Positions 46,192 to 53,252 of a DNA stretch of 64,000 bases are shown one piece after another (the first letter of the stretch is position 1; each line of letters starts with the position of its first letter). Made by a program: the position numbers and the translations under genes. The notes under the pieces were generated by a model. That model made no database searches and was not told the DNA's origin. It saw nothing but the letters and a program-made list of their open reading frames with translations. Origin of the DNA: Deltaproteobacteria bacterium (lineage in GTDB: Bacteria > Myxococcota_A > Polyangia > Polyangiales > JADJMO01); the NCBI GenBank assembly GCA_016182965.1, contig JACPFM010000024.1, forward strand, positions 15,891 to 79,890, in the 5' to 3' direction.

Positions 46192-47616
46192 TCAGTCGGC
46201 GTCGTACGGAACGACCTCGGTCGACGCGAGGTCCGGGATGGCCTTGGCGATCGTGTCCTTCAGCTCGCTCGCGGTGCCGACGACCACCACCGCGAGATTG
46301 GCGGGGTGCAGGCGCGCCTTCAGCGCGGCGTTCGCCTGATCGAGGGTGACCGCCCTCACGCGCGCGACGTACGCGGTGTGGTAGTCGGCGGGCAGCCCGT
46401 AGACCTCCTCGTCGACCGCCTGCCGCACCCGCTTGTAGGCGGTGTCGACGTCGAACGCGTACGACTCCGAGAGGTAGCTCTGCGCGAAGGCGAGCTCCTG
46501 CGCGGTGATGCCCTTGTCGACGAGCTCCGCGAACATCGAGAGCTCGAGGCCGAGGCACGCCGCGGCGTCGGTCGCCGAGGGGAACGTCCACATCGAGAAC
46601 GCGTCGCGCTTGCGATCGATCGGCAAGCGGCTGTACGCGCCGTACGACCAGCCGCGCTTGCTGCGCACCTCCTTCATCAGGCGCGCGGTGAAGGTGCCGC
46701 CGAACACGGTGTTCGCGACGTGCAGCGCCACGTGATCGGCGTCGAGCGCGTGGGTGCCGAGCGCGCCGACGAGGATCTGCGTCTGGGTGCGCGCGGGCTT
46801 GTCGACGAAGAGCAGACGGCGGCCCTTGGGGATGGTCGGATCGGGCGTCGGATCCGCCACCGCCGCCCCCTCGGGGATGGCCGCGAGCAGCGGCAGGACG
46901 ATCGTCTTCAGCTCGGCCTCGCTCAGATCGCCGGCGGCGCCGAGCACCACGTTGCCGCGACGGACGTGCAGCGCGTGCGAGGCGACGACATCGGCGCGCG
47001 TGATGCCGGGGATGCTCTTCGGCGTGCCGGCGATGCTGCGGCCGTAGGGGTGCTCGCCGAACACGGCGCGCCGGAAGAACTTCGACGCGAGGCTCTTGTC
47101 GGAGTCGCGCGCGTCGATGATCTCGGCGACCGCCTCGCGCCGCAGCCGCGCGAGCTCGTCCTCGGGGAACGTCGGCTTGGTGATCAGGTCGCGGAGCAGC
47201 GCGACGAACGGCTCGAGGTTGCGCCGGATGACCTGCGCGTGGATGTTGATCGACGAGGGCCCGACGTCGACCGAGAGCTCGCCGCCGAGGCGATCGATGA
47301 GCGCCTCGATGTCGTCGCTGGTGCGGCCCGCGGCGCCGCGCCGGAGCATGCGGGCGAAGAGGCGCGTCTGCCCGAGCTTGTCCTTCGCCTCGAGCGCCGC
47401 GCCCGAGCGAAAGGAGATCGAGAGATCGACGAGCGGGATCTCGTGGCTCTCGACGAGGTAGGCGATCGCGCCGCCGCCCGCGTCGACGCGGGAGGGCCGC
47501 GGCGGCGGGGTGACCGTCTTCGGCGCCGGCGAGACCGCGGGCGCGGCGTCGACCGGCGCGTGCGTGAGCAGGTGCGCGCCGACCGCGAGACCGTGCAACA
47601 GACCGCGGCTGCTCAT
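46192..47616 (-). CDS. M16 (pitrilysin/insulinase) family protein, non-catalytic-type subunit
   Basis: ATG at 47616 overlaps the upstream stop (ATGA). M16 fold-like sequence without an HxxEH motif. Signal-like N-terminus. Confidence 0.75.
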   Translation of the reverse strand: MSSRGLLHGLAVGAHLLTHAPVDAAPAVSPAPKTVTPPPRPSRVDAGGGAIAYLVESHEIPLVDLSISFRSGAALEAKDKLGQTRLFARMLRRGAAGRTSDDIEALIDRLGGELSVDVGPSSINIHAQVIRRNLEPFVALLRDLITKPTFPEDELARLRREAVAEIIDARDSDKSLASKFFRRAVFGEHPYGRSIAGTPKSIPGITRADVVASHALHVRRGNVVLGAAGDLSEAELKTIVLPLLAAIPEGAAVADPTPDPTIPKGRRLLFVDKPARTQTQILVGALGTHALDADHVALHVANTVFGGTFTARLMKEVRSKRGWSYGAYSRLPIDRKRDAFSMWTFPSATDAAACLGLELSMFAELVDKGITAQELAFAQSYLSESYAFDVDTAYKRVRQAVDEEVYGLPADYHTAYVARVRAVTLDQANAALKARLHPANLAVVVVGTASELKDTIAKAIPDLASTEVVPYDAD

Positions 47617-49166
47617 CGGATGGCTCCCTTGCCGGCGACCGGCGACTTCTTCTCGGGTTTGTGGGCGATCGCCTCGTCGGCTTCGCCGTCGTCGCCCCCC
47701 TCGTCGCCGTCGTCGCCGTCGGCGCTGCCGGCGGTGCCGTCGGGGAACACGCGGATGACCGTGCGTTGCGCGTCGACGAGGTACTTCTTCGCCACCCGCA
47801 GCACGTCGGCGCCGGTGACCGCGCGGTAGGCCTCGAGCCGGGCGAAGCCGGCGCCGGGATCGTGGAGCACCGTGTCGTAGAAGCCGATCTGCTCGGCCTT
47901 CCCCGAGGCGGTCTCGAGCCCCTGGAGGAACGCGAGCTCGAGGCGGCTCTTCGCCTTCTCGAGCTCCTCGGCGGTCGGCTCCTTGGTCTTGATCGCCTGG
48001 AGCTCCGTCGCGAGCGACCTCTCGAGCTCCTCGGCCGTGTGCGCCTCGCGCGCGGTCAGCCACACCTCGTAGACGCCGGGATCGGCGAACGTGGCGAGCC
48101 ACCCGCGGATGTCGCTGGCGATCTCCTGCTGCTTGATCAGCGCGCGGTACACGCGCGACGAGCGGCCGCCGAAGAGGATCTCGTTCATGATGGTGAGCGC
48201 GACGTGATCGGCGTCGCCGACCGGGGGCGCCTTCCAGCCGATCATCACCTTCTCGGTGGCCGTCGGCTTCTTCACCTCGAGGCGACGCTCGGCGTCCTGC
48301 GGAGGCTCCTTCGGCAGCTTGCGCTCGGGGATCTTCGAGGGCTGCAGCGAGCCGTAGTGATCCTGGATCAGCCGCAGCACCTCGTGCGGCTGCACGTCTC
48401 CGACGACCACCACGGTGACGTTGTTCGGCGCGTAGTACGTCCGGTAGAACGACTCGCAGTCCTGCGTGGTGAACCCCTGGATGTCCTCCATCCACCCGAT
48501 GGTCGGCCAGTGATAGGGGTGCGTGGTGAAGGCGGTCTTGTAGAGCAGCTCGTTGATCGAGCCCTCGACGTCGTCGTCGACGCGGTAGCGGCGCTCGTTG
48601 GCGACGACCTCCTTCTCGCTGCCGACCTGCTTGTCGCGCAGGACCAGGTTGGCGAGCCGATCGGCCTCGAGCTTGATGGCGAGGCCGACCTTCGGGGCGG
48701 GGAGGCTCTCGTGGTAGTAGGTCCAGTCGACCCAGGTGCCCGCGTTCGACTCGGCGCCGTTCTCTTCGAGGATGCGATCGAACTCGCCGGCCGCGAGGTG
48801 CGACGTCTCGTTGAACATCAGGTGCTCGAACAGGTGCGCGATGCCGGTCTTGCCGGGCTTCTCGTCGCGCGAGCCGACGCGGACCCACGTGTGATAGCTG
48901 ACGACCGGGGCGTTGCGATCGACGAGCACGAGGACGCGCAGCCCGTTGCCCATGCGGTAGCGCTGCACCTTCATCGCCGGACCGAACAGCGCGTCGCCGT
49001 CGTACTCGAGCTGGGCGAGCGGCCCGCGGCCGATGTTGAGCTCGTCGATCATGTGGAGCCGGGCCATGTCGAGCTTTGGAGCTCGCGCAGGCTTGCAGGC
49101 GGGTTCGGCGGCCGCCACGGTCGCGGCGAGGGTCACGTTCATCAGCAGGGCTCCGAGCGTGCGCAA
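47613..49166 (-). CDS. M16 family zinc peptidase (catalytic HxxEH)
   Basis: GIAHLFEHLMFNE, with a downstream glutamate region EENGAESNAGT. Signal-like N-terminus. The start is TTG at 49166 or ATG at 49142. Confidence 0.85.
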   Translation of the reverse strand: MRTLGALLMNVTLAATVAAAEPACKPARAPKLDMARLHMIDELNIGRGPLAQLEYDGDALFGPAMKVQRYRMGNGLRVLVLVDRNAPVVSYHTWVRVGSRDEKPGKTGIAHLFEHLMFNETSHLAAGEFDRILEENGAESNAGTWVDWTYYHESLPAPKVGLAIKLEADRLANLVLRDKQVGSEKEVVANERRYRVDDDVEGSINELLYKTAFTTHPYHWPTIGWMEDIQGFTTQDCESFYRTYYAPNNVTVVVVGDVQPHEVLRLIQDHYGSLQPSKIPERKLPKEPPQDAERRLEVKKPTATEKVMIGWKAPPVGDADHVALTIMNEILFGGRSSRVYRALIKQQEIASDIRGWLATFADPGVYEVWLTAREAHTAEELERSLATELQAIKTKEPTAEELEKAKSRLELAFLQGLETASGKAEQIGFYDTVLHDPGAGFARLEAYRAVTGADVLRVAKKYLVDAQRTVIRVFPDGTAGSADGDDGDEGGDDGEADEAIAHKPEKKSPVAGKGAIR

Positions 49167-49241
49167 GTGGGGTCGACCGTCATAGCACGGCCGATGCTGC
49201 GGACGCCTCGTCGGATGCGCTCGCGAGCGCGGCGACCAGCC

Positions 49242-49661
49242 TCACCTCTCGGCGAGGGCGCGGCGGACCATGAACTCGACCGGCTCGATCATGTCGACCG
49301 GTCGGAGCCTCGTGTCGGGGTGCGCCCTGGCCCAGACGCGAAACACCTCGTCGGCGAAGCCCTGCCCGATCGCGCCGACACCGCCGAAGTCGAGGACGAC
49401 CTCGCGGAACCGCTCGAGGCCGTGCAGGAGCCGCTTGGCCTCCGAACGGGAGACGAACGTCGTCCCGATGGCGAAGAGGCGAACGACCGTTCGCGTTCGG
49501 TCGAACGCGAGATCGGTCGTGTACTCATCGAAGATCATCCGCAGCTCCCTCGGCGTGTCGCGATCGACCTCGAAGCGCACCCGGGTGCCGGTCCGCTCGG
49601 GCGCAGCGCCCACCGCCTGGTCGGCGCGAGAAAATGTAAACTCGTCGACACGAATCGACAA
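49242..49661 (-). CDS. STAS-like DUF4325 domain protein
   Basis: The C-terminal half, SRSEAKRLLHGLERFREVVLDFGGVGAIGQGFADEVFRVWARAHPDTRL, matches the DUF4325 pattern as recalled. GC is lower than in surrounding genes. Confidence 0.5.
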   Translation of the reverse strand: MSIRVDEFTFSRADQAVGAAPERTGTRVRFEVDRDTPRELRMIFDEYTTDLAFDRTRTVVRLFAIGTTFVSRSEAKRLLHGLERFREVVLDFGGVGAIGQGFADEVFRVWARAHPDTRLRPVDMIEPVEFMVRRALAER

Positions 49662-49734
49662 CGAAACGTCAACTCGCGTTCCGGACCGTCCCTTTCGAGG
49701 AGCTCCGCGGGGCGCGCGTCACATGCGACCGGCG

Positions 49735-50991
49735 CTACGGGCCGACGACGCGATTGCGGCCGCCGGCCTTGGCCGCGTACAGCCGCTGATCGGCCCGCGC
49801 GACGAGCAGATCGCCGTCGAGGGTGCGCGGGATCTCGCCCTGGTAGAGCTCGACGATCGTCGCGACGCCGAACGAGGAGGTGACCGGGATCGCGCCGCCC
49901 TGCCAGGGCACCGGCAGCCGCTCGATGCCGCGGCGCAGCCGGTCGGCGAACATCACCGCGTTGGGGCCGTCGATGCCGCGCGCGAGCAGCGCGAACTCCT
50001 CGCCGCCGATGCGGGCGAACACGTCCTCGACGCGGATGGCCTTGCCGATCGCCGCCGAGACGCCGCGCAGGACCGCGTCGCCCGCCGGGTGCCCGTAGGT
50101 GTCGTTGACCTTCTTGAAGAAGTCGATGTCGAGGAGGATGAGCGACAGGTGGCCGCGGTGGCGGAGCGCGTGGGCGATCTCGCTCTTGAGCCGCTCCTGG
50201 AAGTGCTTGCGGTTGTACGCGCGCGTGAGCGGATCGCGCACGGCCGACTCGTACAGCTGGTGCTGCAGCTGCGCCTCCATGTCGTCCATGAAGGTGAAGC
50301 GCACGACGACCTCGGTGCCGACCTGGATGCGATCGCCGTCCTTGAGGGCGCGGAAGGTGACGCGCTGATCGTCGACCCAGGTGCCGTTCGTGGAGCCGAG
50401 GTCCTCGACGATGTACTCGAAATCGCCCTGCCTCACGATGCGTGCGTGCTTGCGCGAGACGCCGTCGGAGTCGAGGTGGATGGTGCTCTGCGGACCGCGA
50501 CCGAGGACCGTCTCCTCGTTGGTCAGCTTGAACATCTCGCCGGCGCGCGCGCCGGCCATCACGGTGAGGTACGCGCGCTTGGTCTGCTGCGCGCTCTGCG
50601 GCCGATACGCCGGCGCGCCGACGATCGTGGCGCCGACGCGCGTCTGCTCGCCGTCGTCATCGCCGAACCCCTCGAGCCCGGGGGGCATCATCGACGAGAG
50701 GATGAAGTCCTGCGACGGCACCGGATTGGCCGGCGCGGGCGGAGGCGGCGGCGGAGGGGCCGGCGGAGCGGCCGCCGGCTGCGCGGGGCGCGGCGCGTTG
50801 CCGAACGCGCCCTGCGGCACCGGCGCGTTGCCGAACGCCCCCGGCGGCACGGGCACGTTGCCGAACCCCGGCGGTGAGTGCGGCACGGTCGCCTGCCGCC
50901 TCAGCGCCGCAGGATCGCGCGGCACCGGCGTCGGCTCTTCGCCCGACGGACGCCGGGGCGGAGGTCGCGGGGGCTGCTTCGGATCGGCCAT
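49735..50991 (-). CDS. FHA-domain diguanylate cyclase (GGDEF)
   Basis: Pro-rich N-terminus. FHA domain (LGRGPQSTIHLDSDGVSRKHARI..DLGSTNGTWV). GGDEF domain with I-site RVED five residues before GGEEF. Confidence 0.9.
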   Translation of the reverse strand: MADPKQPPRPPPRRPSGEEPTPVPRDPAALRRQATVPHSPPGFGNVPVPPGAFGNAPVPQGAFGNAPRPAQPAAAPPAPPPPPPPAPANPVPSQDFILSSMMPPGLEGFGDDDGEQTRVGATIVGAPAYRPQSAQQTKRAYLTVMAGARAGEMFKLTNEETVLGRGPQSTIHLDSDGVSRKHARIVRQGDFEYIVEDLGSTNGTWVDDQRVTFRALKDGDRIQVGTEVVVRFTFMDDMEAQLQHQLYESAVRDPLTRAYNRKHFQERLKSEIAHALRHRGHLSLILLDIDFFKKVNDTYGHPAGDAVLRGVSAAIGKAIRVEDVFARIGGEEFALLARGIDGPNAVMFADRLRRGIERLPVPWQGGAIPVTSSFGVATIVELYQGEIPRTLDGDLLVARADQRLYAAKAGGRNRVVGP

Positions 50992-51006
50992 CGGGGTTCG
51001 GAGCGT

Positions 51007-52584
51007 CTAGCGGGCGCCGGGGCAGAGAGTGGGGGACGAGTAGGCGGGCAACGCGTCGATGGTCGCGGCGGTCAGCTTGTTCGAGTCGGCGATTTGCTTG
51101 AAGAGGGCGCTCGCCTTGGTCGGGGTCCGGGTCCGCGCCGGGGAAGCATAGTCGATCCGGAACAAACCGAAGCGCGGGCAGAACCCGCGGTCCCACTCGA
51201 AGTTGTCGGTGAGCGACCAGTAATAGTAGCCGCGGACGTCGATGCCGTCGTCGGCGATGGCCCGCCCGATCTCCCACAGGTGCTCGGCGAGGTACCGCGA
51301 CTTGTTCGCGTCCTTCGCGTCGCCGACGCCGTTCTCGGTGATGTAGATGGGCAGGGAGTACTTCTTGAGCTGCCGCAGGACGTCACGGAACCCTTGCGGG
51401 TAGATGTCCCAGTTCATGTCCGTCTTCGGCAGATCGGTCGGCAGCGCGTCGTACGCGGGGAGCCCGCCGATGTACTTCAGCTTCAGCGCGCCCGAGACGG
51501 TCGACACGCCGTAGTAGTTGAGACCGAGGAAATCGACGGTGCCCTTCAGCGCCGGATCGGCCTTCTTGTCGTTCGGGCCGTCGTACTTGCCGTCGGCGTC
51601 GTCGTCCCAGTCGCCGAAGACCAGCGCGTTGTACAGCCACTCGTTCCACAGGTAGTCGGTCTTCTTCGCGGCGGTGAGGTCGGTCTCTTCGCACGCGTCG
51701 TAGGGTTTGAAGACGCGGTTGTGCTTGGCGATCGAGACCCACGCGGCGTGCCCGCTGCCCGCGTCGACCGTGTCGCTCTCGTGGAGCGCCCGGTAGCCGG
51801 CGACGTGCGCCTTCACCAGCTTCTTGGCCGCGTTGAACATGCGGTCGATGTCGAGCGGCGGGCCCGGCGGGTGCGCGCCGGCGAGGTAGGCGCCGACCAT
51901 CAGGACGAGCGGCTCGTTGATGGTGATCCAGTCGTCGACCTCGGCGCCGAACTCCTTGCCCATGCGCTTCGCCCACTCGCCGAAGAGCGGGGCCATCTCG
52001 TCGCGCTCGAAGCCCTGCGGCTCCTTGGGCTTGGTGATGTCGTCGAGCCAGTCGGGCGTCGCGAAGTGGTGGATCGTCACCATCGGGTGGATCCCCGCGT
52101 CGCGCAGCGCCTTCAGGAGCTTGTGGTAGGCGGCGAGGCCCGCGGCGTCGGGCTCGTTCTTGTCGAACGACTCGCGCGTCGGATAGATGCGCGACCACTC
52201 GATGGAGAAGCGGTAGGCCTTGGCGCCCGCGGCCACGAGCGCGGCGACGTCGTCCTCGAGGTGCGCGAAGGCGTCGGGACCGTCGTCGGGTTTGTCGCCG
52301 CGCGCGACCTTCCCGGCCACGTTCGCCCACTGGTACCAGTCGGCGTGCACGAGGCCCTTTTCGATCTGCATCCCGGCCGACGCCGCGCCGAACCGGAAGC
52401 CGGCGGGGAACGTCGTCTCGGCGCCGCCGCTCCGCACGTAGGGCGTGATCGACGCCCCGGGCTTGCAGGGATCGGGGGCGTCCGCGCCGGCGTCGCCCGC
52501 GTCGAGCGGCGCGCCAGAGGGCGCGTCCTTCGACGAGCAAGCCGTCAGAGCCGTAAGGATCAGGGCGAGGACACCCCCACGCAT
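51007..52584 (-). CDS. glycoside hydrolase family 1 (beta-glucosidase-like) lipoprotein
   Basis: ATG at 52584: MRGGVLALILTALTAC. YRFSIEWSRI, acid/base motif TINEP, nucleophile motif YITENG, WSLTDNFEW. Confidence 0.88.
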   Translation of the reverse strand: MRGGVLALILTALTACSSKDAPSGAPLDAGDAGADAPDPCKPGASITPYVRSGGAETTFPAGFRFGAASAGMQIEKGLVHADWYQWANVAGKVARGDKPDDGPDAFAHLEDDVAALVAAGAKAYRFSIEWSRIYPTRESFDKNEPDAAGLAAYHKLLKALRDAGIHPMVTIHHFATPDWLDDITKPKEPQGFERDEMAPLFGEWAKRMGKEFGAEVDDWITINEPLVLMVGAYLAGAHPPGPPLDIDRMFNAAKKLVKAHVAGYRALHESDTVDAGSGHAAWVSIAKHNRVFKPYDACEETDLTAAKKTDYLWNEWLYNALVFGDWDDDADGKYDGPNDKKADPALKGTVDFLGLNYYGVSTVSGALKLKYIGGLPAYDALPTDLPKTDMNWDIYPQGFRDVLRQLKKYSLPIYITENGVGDAKDANKSRYLAEHLWEIGRAIADDGIDVRGYYYWSLTDNFEWDRGFCPRFGLFRIDYASPARTRTPTKASALFKQIADSNKLTAATIDALPAYSSPTLCPGAR

Positions 52585-52684
52585 CTCGACGGCACGTACG
52601 CGATCTCGGCCCGTCCGTGCGGGGGATTCGGCAGAGCCCCGCAAACGGGCGGCGAGTCGGCCCGGCGACCGTACAATCGGGTGG

Positions 52685-53206
52685 ATGGGACGCATCCGGC
52701 AGACGATATCGCTCGTGCTCTGCCTGGGCGCGTTCGGCTGCACCGGATCGGGTCGCGTCGCCGCCGCGCACCCGCTCGCGAGGTCCCCCGCCCCCGTCGT
52801 GACCACGAGGCTCGCGAGCGGCGCGTCGTTCCGCGCCGCCGACGCGAAGGGCAAGGTGCTGCTGCTCGATTTCTGGGCGACGTGGTGCCCGCCCTGCAAG
52901 GCAGCGTTTCCGCGGCTCGACGCGCTCTACCGGAAGCACCGCGCCGACGGCCTCGAGGTCGTCGCCGTGAGCGAGGACGACGACGACGCGAAGGCCGCGG
53001 CGTTCGCGAAGGAGGCGAACGTGACCTTCACGATCGCCTACGACGACGACGGCAAGGCGGCCGAGGCGTTCGCGGTGCAGTCGATGCCGACCTCGTACCT
53101 CGTCGACCGGCGAGGCGTCGTGCGGTACGTGCACGCGGGCTATCACCCCGACGAGGCCGATCAGATCGAGGCGGAGCTCACGGAGCTCCTGGCGGAGGCG
53201 CCGTAA
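52685..53206 (+). CDS. TlpA-family thiol:disulfide oxidoreductase lipoprotein
   Basis: ATG at 52685: MGRIRQTISLVLCLGAFGC. LLDFWATWCPPCK active site. Confidence 0.85.
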   Translation: MGRIRQTISLVLCLGAFGCTGSGRVAAAHPLARSPAPVVTTRLASGASFRAADAKGKVLLLDFWATWCPPCKAAFPRLDALYRKHRADGLEVVAVSEDDDDAKAAAFAKEANVTFTIAYDDDGKAAEAFAVQSMPTSYLVDRRGVVRYVHAGYHPDEADQIEAELTELLAEAP

Positions 53207-53252
53207 CCGATCGCGCCGCAGGGCGACCCACCTCGACGGCTCGGCGCACCGA

